The notes under the pieces: generated by a model | The model's input: the letters and a program-made list of their open reading frames with translations, nothing else | Database searches by the model: none | What the model was told of the DNA's origin: nothing | Position numbers and translations under genes: made by a program | Assembly (NCBI GenBank): GCA_964604675.1 | Contig: CAZSAT010000010.1 | Span: 10,771 to 74,770, forward strand | Direction of reading: 5' to 3' | Source: an uncultured Enterobacterales bacterium | GTDB lineage: Bacteria; Myxococcota_A; UBA796; CAJQPC01 | Length of the DNA stretch: 64,000 nucleotides | Shown: positions 21,176 through 32,100 of the stretch, in pieces | Layout of the letters: each line of letters starts with the position of its first letter | How positions within the stretch are numbered: position 1 is the stretch's first letter

Positions 21176-22051
21176 ATGCGTGAGCGCCTCACCGAGCGGG
21201 AGCTGAGGGAGCAGCTGCTCTTCTTCTCCCACAAGGTCTACGAGCAGAACCTGTTGGTCGCCCTCGATGGGAACCTCAGCGTGCGCATGCCCGACGGCAA
21301 CATCCTCTGCACCCAGGCTGGCTGCCACAAGGGCTTCCTGACCGACGACCAGCTGGTGGTCATCGACTCCAAGGGCCACAAGGTGCGCGGCAAGGGTCGG
21401 CCCACCTCCGAGATGCTGATGCACCTCGCTTGCTACGAGGAGCGCCCCGACTGCCAGGCTGTCGTGCACGCCCATCCACCGATGGCGATCGCCTTCACCC
21501 TCGCCAATGTCTCGATGGCGCGCTGCATCCTGCCCGAGGTGGTGCTCACCCTCGGCACCGTCCCGACCGTGCCCTACGAGACCACCGGCACCCAGACCCT
21601 CGCCGACCGCATCCGCCCCTTCATCGCGGAGCACGACGCGATCCTGATGGACACCCACGGCGCGGTCTGCCTGGGCACCAGCCTCCTCGAGGCCTTCTGC
21701 CGCCTCGAGATCGTCGAGCACACCGCCAAGATCACCAAGCTCGCGCGCGACATGGGCGGCGCCAAGGAGCTGGAGCCTTCGGAGGCTGTGAGGCTGCGGT
21801 CCATGGGCTTGAAGCGCTACGGCGGCCCGCCGGGCGCCGTAGCGCGCGCCGACGATCCGAACGCTGACCTGCCGCCGGCCTGCCAGGGCTGCTCGGGGTG
21901 CGACAACCCCCACCCCGCAGGCATCGGGCCCAAGCCCAACCTCGACGTGCGGCTCGCGCGGGTCGTGTCGTCGCCCCCGCCGCCGAGCGTGCCGCCTCGG
22001 GTGGCGGCGATGGTCGAGGAAGAGGTGATCAGGCTGCTGGGTGAGCGGTAG
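21176..22051 (+). CDS. class II aldolase/adducin-family protein (MtnB/fuculose-phosphate-aldolase-like)
   Basis: LLVALDGNLSVRMPDGNILCTQAGCHKGFLT...SEMLMHLACYEERPDCQAVVHAHPP...ILMDTHGAVCLG. The C-terminal 90 aa are a low-complexity Pro-rich extension. Confidence 0.75.
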   Translation: MRERLTERELREQLLFFSHKVYEQNLLVALDGNLSVRMPDGNILCTQAGCHKGFLTDDQLVVIDSKGHKVRGKGRPTSEMLMHLACYEERPDCQAVVHAHPPMAIAFTLANVSMARCILPEVVLTLGTVPTVPYETTGTQTLADRIRPFIAEHDAILMDTHGAVCLGTSLLEAFCRLEIVEHTAKITKLARDMGGAKELEPSEAVRLRSMGLKRYGGPPGAVARADDPNADLPPACQGCSGCDNPHPAGIGPKPNLDVRLARVVSSPPPPSVPPRVAAMVEEEVIRLLGER

Positions 22052-22069
22052 GCGCTCGCCCGGCGAGGC

Positions 22070-22891
22070 CTACTGCTCGATCTCGGTGTCGCGGCTGATC
22101 CGCGTGGCCTCGACCTCGCCAGCGATCGCCAGGTAGTCGCCCAGGTCGTAGGCGAAGGTGCCGTAGAGCTCCCCTTCGGTGCTCAGCTCGCCCTCGAGGT
22201 CCACCGGCACTTCGTAGCCGTAGATGTCGAGCGCGGCGTCGCCGACCACGAAGCCGGCTTCGTTCTCGAGGTCGTAGTTGAAGTCGAGGTCGATCTCGAA
22301 GCCCTGCAGCGACACGTAGCAGTTGCTGTCGCCGTAGCCGACGTCGCCTTCCTGGTCGATGACCGCGGTGAGGGCGCCCGAGCATGCGGCGCTGTAGCCG
22401 CTGATGGTGACCTCCACGACCGTGGTGCCCGTGTAGGTGCCGGCGTAGGCCGACTGCACGAGCACGCCGCCGATGGTGTAGGCGAGCCGATCGCCGTTGG
22501 GCAGCTCGGCGGTCGCGGTCAGCGCGTGGGTGCCGACCCCGAGGGAGTCGTCCTCGATCCAGGTTCCGGTCGGGAGCCAGTCTTCGTCGACGTTCGAGGA
22601 CCAGCTGATGCCCTCGAAGTCCATCTCGTTGCCGTCGGCGTCCATCACGTACGCTTCGTAGGCGTTGACTTCCTCCCAGGGCAGGTAGTCGCCGGACGCG
22701 GGCTGCACGATCACGAGGCTGGCGCCGTCGTACTCCGAGAAGTCCTCCTCCTCGACGGGCTTCTCGGCCGAGCCGGTGTCTTCGGCTGCGCCTTCGTCCG
22801 TCACCTCGTCGTCGAAGGTGCCTTCGGTGACCAGGTACTGGGGGCCGCAGCCGACGGCGAAGATCGACAGGAGCGTGCTGGTGCGGATCAT
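22070..22891 (-). CDS. acidic secreted lipoprotein, hypothetical
   Basis: MIRTSTLLSIFAVGCGPQ is a lipobox-like signal, and the rest is very Asp/Glu-rich. Confidence 0.5.
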   Translation of the reverse strand: MIRTSTLLSIFAVGCGPQYLVTEGTFDDEVTDEGAAEDTGSAEKPVEEEDFSEYDGASLVIVQPASGDYLPWEEVNAYEAYVMDADGNEMDFEGISWSSNVDEDWLPTGTWIEDDSLGVGTHALTATAELPNGDRLAYTIGGVLVQSAYAGTYTGTTVVEVTISGYSAACSGALTAVIDQEGDVGYGDSNCYVSLQGFEIDLDFNYDLENEAGFVVGDAALDIYGYEVPVDLEGELSTEGELYGTFAYDLGDYLAIAGEVEATRISRDTEIEQ

Positions 22892-22949
22892 GGCGGGAGT
22901 CCTCGGGCGGAGCGAACGGTAGCACCGCGATCGCCGGTGTCGCCTCGGC

Positions 22950-24524
22950 TCAGCCCCGGTTTCTCAGGGCTTCACGTATTCTTCGCCGGAGCTCCTCCGG
23001 TTCGTAGGGCTTCTCGAGCACCCGGTCCGTGTGCTCCTCGAGGAAGGTCTTGGCGGCCTCGGTCCAGGCGCCATCCGTCACGAACACGATCCGATCGAGC
23101 AGCGCGGGGTGGGACGCGGCGAGCCGGTGGTGGATCTCCATGCCGGAGACGTCCGGCATGAGCAGGTCGCAGACCACCGCGTCGGGCGGATCCGTGATGA
23201 TGCGCTCGAGGGCGTCACGCCCGGAGGTGCAGGTCTCGACGCTCCTCGCGGCGCGGAGCAGCCTCTGCAGGGAGCGCACGATGGCCGGATCGTTGTCGAC
23301 GACGAGGATCCGAGCGCCGGCCAGCGGATCGTGCTGTCCTTCGGCGACCATCTGGAACGACTGGGTCTCCGTGATCACCGCGGGCAAGCGCATGGTGACC
23401 CGTGTGCCGCCGCCGGCACGTGCCTCGGCGTGCAGCTCGCCGTCGAGGTCGGTGGCGATGCTGCGGCAGACGAACAAGCGGACGCGCGCGCGCTGGTCGG
23501 CCTGGTGGGTCTGGCCGTAGGGCTCTGCGTCCGGGGCGAGCACGCTCGGCGGAAGGGTCGGGCCGTTGTCCTCCACGACGATCCGGACGTGGTCGCGCTC
23601 GCGCCCGGTGGAGAGCCGGACCAGCCCGTCGGTCTGGTGCTCCGGGAGGTTGTCGAGCGCGTTGGTGAGCAGGTTCAGCACGACCAGCGCGATGCGCCCG
23701 GGTGCGGCCATGACCATGGGCACCCGCCGCAGGTCGAGCTCCAGCTTGGCGTGCTGGCGCAGCTCGTGGCGCAACAGGGAGCTGGCCTGCTCGACCTCGC
23801 GGTTCGGCTCGATCGCTGCGGTGGCGCCGGCTCGGGCGCGTGACAAGCCGCGGAGATCCTGGACCACGCCCCGGATGCGCTGGAGCCCCACCACGCTCTC
23901 GCCGAGGAGGTCCGCGACGTCGTCGGAGACGCCGGGCCATCGAGCGGTCTCGAGCAGCTCGCGCACACGCGCGGCGGTGGGCATGTCGGCGTGCTGCAGG
24001 GCCGTGGGCACCAGCACCTCGAGCAGCTCGACCAGGTCGCCGAACACGTTCTGGAGCTCGTCGAGGTTCGCCAGCACGAAGGCGGCGGGGTTGTTGATCT
24101 CGTGGGACACGCCAGCGGCCAGGCGCCCGAGGGTGGCCAGGCGTTCCAGCTCGACCGCGTGCGCGCGCACCGCGTCGAGGTCCTGAGCCTCCAGGCCTCC
24201 AGGAGGCGCATCGCCGCTGCGGGCCGCTTCTCCGCAGGCCACCAGGGCGCGTCCGAGCGGCACGTAGTCCTGGGCGCCGCGGCGGACGAGGCTCACCGCC
24301 CGCGTGACCGTCGGACGCGCGGTGGTGACGACCACCGGCACCGTGGCTTCGTCCAACACCCGGCTCAGGTCGCTGCCCTCGTAGACCAGCAACACGTCGA
24401 AGTCGCCGGCTTCCAGCTCCTGGGCGAGCTGGTCGTTGCGCTCCACGCTCACCAGCGTGGCGCCGGGCATGGGGGCGCGCGGTCCGGCGGCGGGGAGCAG
24501 TTCGAGGATCCGGATGCGACGCAT
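22950..24524 (-). CDS. hybrid sensor histidine kinase / response regulator
   Basis: An N-terminal receiver-like domain; HisKA H-box (AAGVSHEINNPAAFVLANLDEL); HATPase_c (LTNALDN...VEDNGPTLPP...GGGTRVTMRLP); a C-terminal receiver (ILVVDNDPAIVRS...VVCDLLMPDVSGMEI...VTD). Confidence 0.8.
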   Translation of the reverse strand: MRRIRILELLPAAGPRAPMPGATLVSVERNDQLAQELEAGDFDVLLVYEGSDLSRVLDEATVPVVVTTARPTVTRAVSLVRRGAQDYVPLGRALVACGEAARSGDAPPGGLEAQDLDAVRAHAVELERLATLGRLAAGVSHEINNPAAFVLANLDELQNVFGDLVELLEVLVPTALQHADMPTAARVRELLETARWPGVSDDVADLLGESVVGLQRIRGVVQDLRGLSRARAGATAAIEPNREVEQASSLLRHELRQHAKLELDLRRVPMVMAAPGRIALVVLNLLTNALDNLPEHQTDGLVRLSTGRERDHVRIVVEDNGPTLPPSVLAPDAEPYGQTHQADQRARVRLFVCRSIATDLDGELHAEARAGGGTRVTMRLPAVITETQSFQMVAEGQHDPLAGARILVVDNDPAIVRSLQRLLRAARSVETCTSGRDALERIITDPPDAVVCDLLMPDVSGMEIHHRLAASHPALLDRIVFVTDGAWTEAAKTFLEEHTDRVLEKPYEPEELRRRIREALRNRG

Positions 24525-24559
24525 GTCGGGACCGAGGATACGCCCTGAGGGGAGGTCCA

Positions 24560-25510
24560 GTGGCCGTCATCGAGGTGGAGTCCCTGGAGAAGCGCTACGG
24601 CGAGCACGCCGCCCTGGGTGGGGTGAGCTTCGAGGTCCAGCGCGGCGAGGTGGTGGGATTCCTCGGGCCCAATGGCGCCGGCAAGACCACCACCATGAAG
24701 ATCCTCACGGGCTACATCAGCCCCAGTGGTGGCCGCGCCACGGTGGCCGGCCACGACGTGGTCACCGCGCCGGAGCAGGTGCGGGCGCGGCTGGGCTACC
24801 TGCCCGAAGCCGCGCCGGTCTACCCGGAGATGCGGGTCGAGGACTACCTCGAGTTCGTCGGGCGGGTCAGGGGACTGGGCCGGTCGGAGCGGGCGTCCGC
24901 GGTGGCGCGCGCGATGGAACGCACCGGCCTGAGCCCGCGGGCACGGCAGACCATCGGCACCCTGTCCAAGGGCTACCGACAGCGCGTCGGGCTGGCCCAG
25001 GCCATCCTGCACGAGCCCGACCTGCTCATCCTGGACGAGCCGACGAGCGGCCTCGACCCCAACCAGATCTCCGACATCCGCGCCTTGATCCGGGAGCTCG
25101 GGCAGAAGAAGACCGTGCTCCTGAGCACCCACATCCTCTCCGAGGTGCAGGCCACCTGCGACCGCGTGTTGATCCTGCACCAGGGGCGGCTCGTGGCCGA
25201 CGGCCCCACCGCCGAGGTCACCGCACAGGAGCGGTCGGAGCTCACCCACGTGGTCTTCGGGCCGGGTGGCGTCACCCTTCCCCGCGAGGCCGTGTGCGAG
25301 GCGGTGCGGGCGATTCCAGGGGTGTCGGATGCGCGCGTCGTGGCCACGGCCGAGAGCGATCCCGGTGAAGCCCCCCTGTTGGTGAAGGCGCCGGGCGACG
25401 TGCGCCGGGAGCTCTTCCAGCTGGCGGTCGATCGCGGTCTGGTGTTGTTGGAGCTGCGCCGGGAGCGGCGTGACCTCGAGGAGGTGTTCCGCAGCCTGAC
25501 CGCGGGGTAG
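24560..25510 (+). CDS. ABC transporter ATP-binding protein
   Basis: GTG start preceded by gaggggagg. Walker A GPNGAGKTTT, the ABC signature LSKGYRQRVGLAQ and Walker B LLILDEPTSGLD. No permease gene is adjacent on this strand. Confidence 0.85.
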   Translation: MAVIEVESLEKRYGEHAALGGVSFEVQRGEVVGFLGPNGAGKTTTMKILTGYISPSGGRATVAGHDVVTAPEQVRARLGYLPEAAPVYPEMRVEDYLEFVGRVRGLGRSERASAVARAMERTGLSPRARQTIGTLSKGYRQRVGLAQAILHEPDLLILDEPTSGLDPNQISDIRALIRELGQKKTVLLSTHILSEVQATCDRVLILHQGRLVADGPTAEVTAQERSELTHVVFGPGGVTLPREAVCEAVRAIPGVSDARVVATAESDPGEAPLLVKAPGDVRRELFQLAVDRGLVLLELRRERRDLEEVFRSLTAG

Positions 25511-25514
25511 CTGC

Positions 25515-26084
25515 CTACAGCAGGTACACCCAGGCGGCGTACCCGCCCGCGATCACGAACATCACGCCGATGAGGCCGCCCGCGATCTTCATCCCGTCCT
25601 CGACCTTCATCGGCGCCTTCTTTGGCGCCCGCACGGGCTCGGCGGCGCGGGCGGCTGCACGGCGCTCGGCGGCCTCCCTCTGCTCGTTGGCGAGCACCGC
25701 ATCGGTCTTGCGCCAGCCCTTGACCTGCTGTTCCGAGATGCGGAGGCTGCCCAGGTCCACGCCGATGAGCTGGAAGACCTCGGCGAACTCGGGCCGTGCC
25801 CCGATGGGTTCCCAGCCGCCGCCGGCGATCTTGACCTGCTCGCGCCCCTTCAGGCTGCCGGCGTAGATCAGCTGGCGCACGGCGTAGCGGTCCAGCGTGC
25901 CCAGGGACTCGCCGCGCGGGCCCTTCAAGTCGGCGAACAGCGCGTCGGGCACGCCGGCTTCGCCGGGCATGGGGGGCACGAACGCGTGCATGCACGCCGG
26001 GCAGATCAGCTCGTCTTCGTCGGCGATGCTCTCGCTGGCGTCGAAGGACGAGCTGCAGTTCGGGCAGGTGACCGGTGCGCTCAT
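25515..26084 (-). CDS. zinc-ribbon protein with a C-terminal transmembrane anchor
   Basis: MSAPVTCPNCSSSFDA...LICPACMHAF (CxxC...CxxC), then a C-terminal helix (IAGGLIGVMFVIAGGYAAWVYLL). Confidence 0.5.
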   Translation of the reverse strand: MSAPVTCPNCSSSFDASESIADEDELICPACMHAFVPPMPGEAGVPDALFADLKGPRGESLGTLDRYAVRQLIYAGSLKGREQVKIAGGGWEPIGARPEFAEVFQLIGVDLGSLRISEQQVKGWRKTDAVLANEQREAAERRAAARAAEPVRAPKKAPMKVEDGMKIAGGLIGVMFVIAGGYAAWVYLL

Positions 26085-26130
26085 GGCTCGACGAGCCTAC
26101 AACGGGCGGCGGAGGACGATAGGCGTCGGC

Positions 26131-27966
26131 ATGGCGGAGGCGCTCTACATCGTCGGCACGGCCGGCCACATCGACCACGGCAAGACGAGCCTCGTGCGCG
26201 CGCTCACGGGTCGGGACCTCGACACCCTGCCCGAGGAGCGGCGCCGGGGCATCACCATCGCGCTCGGCTTCACGCGCCTCGATCTGGACGAGAGCCGGAG
26301 CCTGGCGTTCATCGACTGTCCCGGCCACGAGCGCCTCGTCCGCACCATGATCGCCGGTGCGAGCGGCATCGACGCCGTGCTGCTCTGTGTGAGCGCGTCG
26401 GAGGGTCTCATGCCCCAGACCCGTGAGCACCTGGCCATCGTCGAGCTGCTCGGCGTGAAGCACGGGCTGGTCGCGCTGACCATGGCGGACCTGGTGGACG
26501 ACGAGCTGGCCGAGCTCGCCGCGGAGGAGGTCGCCGACGAGCTGGTGGGCACCCCCCTCGAAGGTGCGCGCGTGATCGTCACCTCGGCCGAGACGGGCGC
26601 GGGCCTCGACGAGCTGCGGGGCGCCCTGGCCGAGCTGCCGGTCGACAGCCGGCGCGACCACGGCCCCTTCCGACTTCCCGTGGACCGGTGCTTCGTCATG
26701 AAGGGCTTCGGCACCGTCGTCACCGGCACGGTCCAGTCGGGTCGGGTGGTCGACGGCGACGAGGTGGTCCTCCTCCCCACGGGCGAGAAGGCGCGGGTGC
26801 GGGGCGTTCAGGTCCACGGCGAGGGCGTCGACGCCAGCCGCGCCGGCTTGCGGACCGCACTGAACCTGGCCGGTGTGGAGCGTGAGGCCCTCCCTCGGGG
26901 CACCGTGCTCGCCCACCCGGACCGTCTCGCCGCCACGTCGATGCTGGACGTGCGCTACCGCCACCTCGACGACGCCGTGCCGATGGAGGCCGGGGTGCGC
27001 GTGCGCCTCTGCCTCGGCACGGCCGAGGTGCTGGCCGTGCTCGACCCGCTGGACCAGGACCAGCTCCTGCCGGGCGCGGTGGGCTTTGCCCAGATCCGGA
27101 CGAGCGAGCCGGTGGTGTGCCTGCCGGGTGACCGCTTCGTGGTGCGTCGCGAGTCCCCGATCACCACCCTGGGGGGCGGCACGGTGCTCGACCCGTGGGC
27201 CAGCCGCATCCGTCGTCGCGACAAGCCTCGCGCGGTCGCGCAGCTCGAGCGGCTCGAGGCCGGGGAGGTGGCGGTGCTGCTCGAACGAGCCGGCGCGCCC
27301 GGACTGCCCAAGGAGCTCGCCGCCCGGCGCGCACCCGATGCCGGAGAAGCCCTCGGCGACGTGGTGTTGGCCCCGGCCGAGCTCGCGGCCCACGAGGGGG
27401 CGGTGCTCGCTGGCCTGCGCGGTTGGCACACCGAGCGACCCCTCGAGGCCGGTGCGCCGCGGCGCGCTCTGTGCCGGGGTCGCCTCGAGGCCCTCTCGGG
27501 GGTGGCGTTCAGCGCGCTCGTCACCCGGATGGAAGGCCAGGGCTCGCTGGTGATCGAGGGTCCCCGAGCCCGGCTCCCCGGCTTCCAGGTGCGCCTGGAC
27601 GCTGCGCAACAGGCCAGCGTGTCCACGCTGCTCGACCGCCTCGTCCCGACCGGGCTGGGAGGCCTCGACGCGGCCGAAGCCACCGAGGGCCTGCCGGACG
27701 GCGACGCGCTGCTCGCCCACCTGGTCAGCGGCGGACGCGTGGGACGGGTGGGTCCGCGGGTGTTCGACGGCCGCCACCTCCGCGATCTGGTGGGGAGGGT
27801 CCGCGCCGTGCTGGCCGCGGAGGGCGAGCTCACGCCCGGGCGCTTCAAGGAGCTCACGGGGCTCTCCCGGAAGGGCGCGATCCCGCTGCTGGAGTGGCTC
27901 GATCAGACCGGCGTGACCCTGCGCAAGGGTGACGTGCGCATCGCCCGGAAGTCTCCGCAGCGGTAG
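26131..27966 (+). CDS. selB: selenocysteine-specific translation elongation factor
   Basis: MAEALYIVGTAGHIDHGKTSL (G1) ...IDCPGHERL (G3) ...LTMADLV (G4), then long winged-helix C-terminal domains. The length and layout fit SelB rather than EF-Tu. Confidence 0.8.
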   Translation: MAEALYIVGTAGHIDHGKTSLVRALTGRDLDTLPEERRRGITIALGFTRLDLDESRSLAFIDCPGHERLVRTMIAGASGIDAVLLCVSASEGLMPQTREHLAIVELLGVKHGLVALTMADLVDDELAELAAEEVADELVGTPLEGARVIVTSAETGAGLDELRGALAELPVDSRRDHGPFRLPVDRCFVMKGFGTVVTGTVQSGRVVDGDEVVLLPTGEKARVRGVQVHGEGVDASRAGLRTALNLAGVEREALPRGTVLAHPDRLAATSMLDVRYRHLDDAVPMEAGVRVRLCLGTAEVLAVLDPLDQDQLLPGAVGFAQIRTSEPVVCLPGDRFVVRRESPITTLGGGTVLDPWASRIRRRDKPRAVAQLERLEAGEVAVLLERAGAPGLPKELAARRAPDAGEALGDVVLAPAELAAHEGAVLAGLRGWHTERPLEAGAPRRALCRGRLEALSGVAFSALVTRMEGQGSLVIEGPRARLPGFQVRLDAAQQASVSTLLDRLVPTGLGGLDAAEATEGLPDGDALLAHLVSGGRVGRVGPRVFDGRHLRDLVGRVRAVLAAEGELTPGRFKELTGLSRKGAIPLLEWLDQTGVTLRKGDVRIARKSPQR

Positions 27967-28036
27967 CTGGTCCGTCGCGCCCCGGATCGGTTGCGGAGGC
28001 CCGTGCTACGCTCCCGCGGCAGTCCGGGAGAGGTCC

Positions 28037-29113
28037 TTGTTGCACAGGCTGGCGCCGCTGTTCGGCTGGGTTCTGATGTGCCTGATGGCCGTGCCCGCAC
28101 TCGCGCAGGACGGTCCGACCGGCATCCTCCGGGTGGTGTCGGCGGTGCCTGGAAGCACGGTGCACATCGACTACGAGCAGGCGGGCGATGCCCCCCTCGT
28201 CAGCTACGTCTCCCCCGGTGCGCACACGGTGCGCGTGTCGGCCGACGGGCACGAACCCTTCGTCAGACGGGTCGAGGTCTTCGCCAACCAGACCACCGAG
28301 GTCTCCGCCCAGCTCCGTCCGGGCAAGGGCTCGGTGGAGTTCTTCGTGAAGCCCATGGGCGCGGTCGTGTTCATCCGGGGCAACGAGATCGGTCCTGCCC
28401 CGATCCGGCTGAGCCACCAGCAGGTCCAGGAGGGCACCCACCCCTACGAGGTCCGCGCGCCGCGCTACGAGCCCGTGAAGGGCGAGTTCGACTTCGGGCT
28501 CGGGAAGAACGTGCTGCTGTACCACGAGCTCGAACCGTCCGCCGGGCGCTTCAGCATCACCTCGAACCCCGAGGGCGCGTCGGTCTGGCTCGACGGTCGC
28601 CCCGTGGGCGAGACCCCCGTCAACATGCGCGACGTCGCCCAGGGTGTGCACGTGGTGCGGCTCGAGGCGGAGGGCTTCGCCACGGTCATCTCGGAGGTCG
28701 ACACCACCGATGGCAGCAAGGGCGTGGTGACCGAGCGCCTCCAGTCCAAGGGCGCCAAGGTGGTGCTCAAGACCGGGCATGCCGAGGGCGTGGCGCGCGT
28801 GCAGGGCCAGGTGCTCGGCAAGGGCAAGAAGGTCAAGCTCGAGCTGGGCAAGGGTCGCTACGACCTGACGCTCTCCAGCCCAAACGGCGAGGTCGCCGGT
28901 GTGCTCAAGGTGCCCGCGTCCGGCTGGATCGGTAGGAAGGCCGACTACGCCCACGGCACGCTGATCGAGGTGCCGCCCTTCTACCGCCGCTGGGGTTTCT
29001 GGACCGCGGTGGGCGTGGGGGCTGGCGGAGCCACCGCCGCCGCGGTGATCCTGTCCCGAGAGCCCGAGCCCGAGCCGCTGCCGGCTGGGGACCTCGTGGT
29101 CACGCTTCCTTAG
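28037..29113 (+). CDS. PEGA-domain secreted protein
   Basis: TTG start and a signal peptide (LLHRLAPLFGWVLMCLMAVPALAQD). Repeated PEGA-like units follow (PGSTVHIDYEQAGDAP, PMGAVVFIRGNEIGPAP, PEGASVWLDGRPVGETP). There is a C-terminal TM helix. Only 9 bp separate it from the next gene. Confidence 0.65.
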   Translation: MLHRLAPLFGWVLMCLMAVPALAQDGPTGILRVVSAVPGSTVHIDYEQAGDAPLVSYVSPGAHTVRVSADGHEPFVRRVEVFANQTTEVSAQLRPGKGSVEFFVKPMGAVVFIRGNEIGPAPIRLSHQQVQEGTHPYEVRAPRYEPVKGEFDFGLGKNVLLYHELEPSAGRFSITSNPEGASVWLDGRPVGETPVNMRDVAQGVHVVRLEAEGFATVISEVDTTDGSKGVVTERLQSKGAKVVLKTGHAEGVARVQGQVLGKGKKVKLELGKGRYDLTLSSPNGEVAGVLKVPASGWIGRKADYAHGTLIEVPPFYRRWGFWTAVGVGAGGATAAAVILSREPEPEPLPAGDLVVTLP

Positions 29114-29122
29114 GACCCGCGC

Positions 29123-32100
29123 ATGTTCCTGACGCTCGCCATGCTGGGATGTACCGGAGAGACGGAGGTCGAGACGAAGACCTCGATCCTCGTCGCGATC
29201 GAAGCCTCCGATCTGGCCAGCCTGGTCGCCACCGCCGACACGGTCGGCCTGGTGGTCGACCCTGACGCGCCCTTCGAGGACGCCGACGGCAACGTGCTCT
29301 CCGGTGCCTACAGCGACACGATGACCTTCGAGGACGTGGTCACCGACGACGCCGAGCTCGAGCTCGTCTACCGGGTCGATGTGGATCCGGACTGGGAAGC
29401 CATCGACGTCATCGAGCTGAAGAAGGGCCGCAACGCGCCGTCGATGGTGTTCTCGGCCCTGGGCTGGTCGGGCGACAGCGTGGTGGCCCGCAGCCAGACC
29501 ACCTCGGCCACCGACTTCGTGGACGACGAGATCCTCGAGATCACGGTGCCCGGCCTCGCGCTGCTCGACACCCCCGAGCACGACTGCAACGACACGCTCG
29601 ACAACGACGGCGACGGGTGGGCCGACGCGGCCGACCCCGACTGCGCCGACGACGGCACCAGCGAAGACGGCCTGGGCGAGAACGCCTGCAACGACGGGGT
29701 CGACAACGACGAAGACGGCACGGTCGACGCCGAGGACGACGACTGCGACGACGGCAGCGGCGAGACCGAGCACGAGCCCTGCCTCGACGGCCTCGACAAC
29801 GACGGCGACGGCTGGACCGACGACGACGACCCGGACTGCCACGAGGACTACGCCGACGAGGTCAACGCCACCTCGAGCTACGACTGCAACGACGGCGCGG
29901 ACAACGACGGCGACGGCGCCATCGACAGCGCCGACGAAGACTGCGACGACGGGCGGGACTACGAAGAGCTGCAGGCCTGCGAGAACGGTCTGGACGACGA
30001 CGGCGACGGCTGGGTCGACTTCGACGACCCCGACTGCGACACCGACGGCGACGAGCTCGGCTACACCGACGCCGAGTGCAACGACGACGAGGACAACGAC
30101 GGCGACGGCCTCGAGGACTCCGACGACCCGGCCTGCGACAGCGCGGACGACGACGAGACGGCGCTCTGCGAAGACGGCCTGGACAACGACGCGGACGGCT
30201 GGACCGATCTCGACGATCCTGGCTGTGCCAACGACGAGCTGGCCGACGAGGACGATGGCTTCGGCAGCACGGAGTGCAACGACGGCATCGACAACGACGG
30301 CGACACCTACACCGATGCCGGCGATCCCGAGTGCGCCGACGCCAACGACGACGCCGAGGCCACCATCTGCAGCGATGGTCTGGACAACGACGGCGACGGC
30401 TGGATCGACGACGACGACCCCGACTGCGGCACCGACGGCAACGAGCTGGGCTACGGCTCCACCGAGTGCAACGACGGCGCCGACAACGACGGCGACGGCA
30501 GCGCCGACGGCTCCGACGCCGACTGTGTCTCGGCCGAGGACGACGACGAGCAGGACTTCTGCAACAACGGCCTGGACGACGACGGTGACGGCTGGTTCGA
30601 CGGCGACGACCCCGACTGCGCGGTCGACGTCACCGAGAACGGCTTCGGCTCCGATGCCTGCAACGACGGCGTCGACAACGACGGCGACCTGGGCATCGAC
30701 GCCCTCGACTCGGCGTGCTCAGCGGCCACCGACAGCACCGAGGAGCCGGGCTGCGAGAACGGCCTGGACGACGACGGCGACGGCTGGATCGACGCCGACG
30801 ACCCGGAGTGCGCCACCGGCAGCGAGGAGTCCGGCAAGGCCACGGCGTACGAGTGCAACGACGAGGCGAACAACGACACCGGGGAAGACACGGCGATCGA
30901 TGCCGACGACGTCGACTGCGAGGACGGGACCGACGACTCCGAAGCGGCCGACCCGGCCTGCGACAACGGCGTCGACGACGACGGCGACGGCTGGGTCGAC
31001 CTGGACGATCCGGGCTGCGCGGACGCGGCGGACGACGACGAGAGTCCGGTGGCCTCGAGCTACGCCTGCAACGACGGCGTCGACAGCGACAGCGACGGCT
31101 GGGTCGACAGCGAGGACCCGGGCTGCGACGACGGCCTCGACAACGACGAGATCGACGTGTCGGACTGCAACGACGGCCTCGATGGCGACAACGACGGCTG
31201 GTACGACAGCGACGATCCCGACTGCGCCACGCCGGATGGCACGGAGTCCGGCTTCGGCACGACCGGCTGCAACGACGACGAGGACAACGACGAGGACGGC
31301 TACGCCGACGTCGACGATCCCGGCTGCGACGATGCCTGGGACACCAACGAGGCCGACGACGCGGACTCCTGCTCCGACGGCACCGACGACGATGGCGACG
31401 GCTGGACCGACGACGACGATCCCGACTGCGCGAGCGGCGACGAGGAGCTCGGCGTGGGCTCGACCGCCTGCAACGACGGGGTGGACAACGACGGCGACGA
31501 CCTGACCGACGCCGACGACCCCGCCTGCACCTCGGCCGAGGTGGACGACGAGACCGATGGCGACTGCCTGGACGGCCTCGACGGCGACGGCGACGGCTGG
31601 ACCGACGCCGACGACCCCGACTGCGCGACAGGGACCACCGAAGCCGGCTTCGGCGGCACGGCCTGCAACGACGGCACGGACAACGACGGTGACCTGGCCA
31701 TCGACGCGGCCGACGCGGACTGCGCGGACGCGTGGGACTCGGTGGAGGACGGCGACGTCGACGACTGCGAGAACGGCTCCGACGACGACGGGGACGGCTG
31801 GACCGACGGCGACGACGTCGACTGCCTGACCGAGGGCAGCGAGGGCGGCTACGCGGGCTGGCTCTGCAACGACGGCGTCGACAACGACGGCGACGGGGAT
31901 TTGGACGCGGACGACGCGGACTGCGTGGTCGCCTGGCAGGACTTCGAGTCGGCCGATCCGACCTGTGACAACGGCGCCGACGACGACGGCGACGGCTGGT
32001 TCGACGACGACGACCCCGACTGTGCGACGGGTGAGGACGAGGTGGGCTACACCCTGCTGGCGTGCAACAACGGCGAGGACGACGACGGCGACACCTACGC

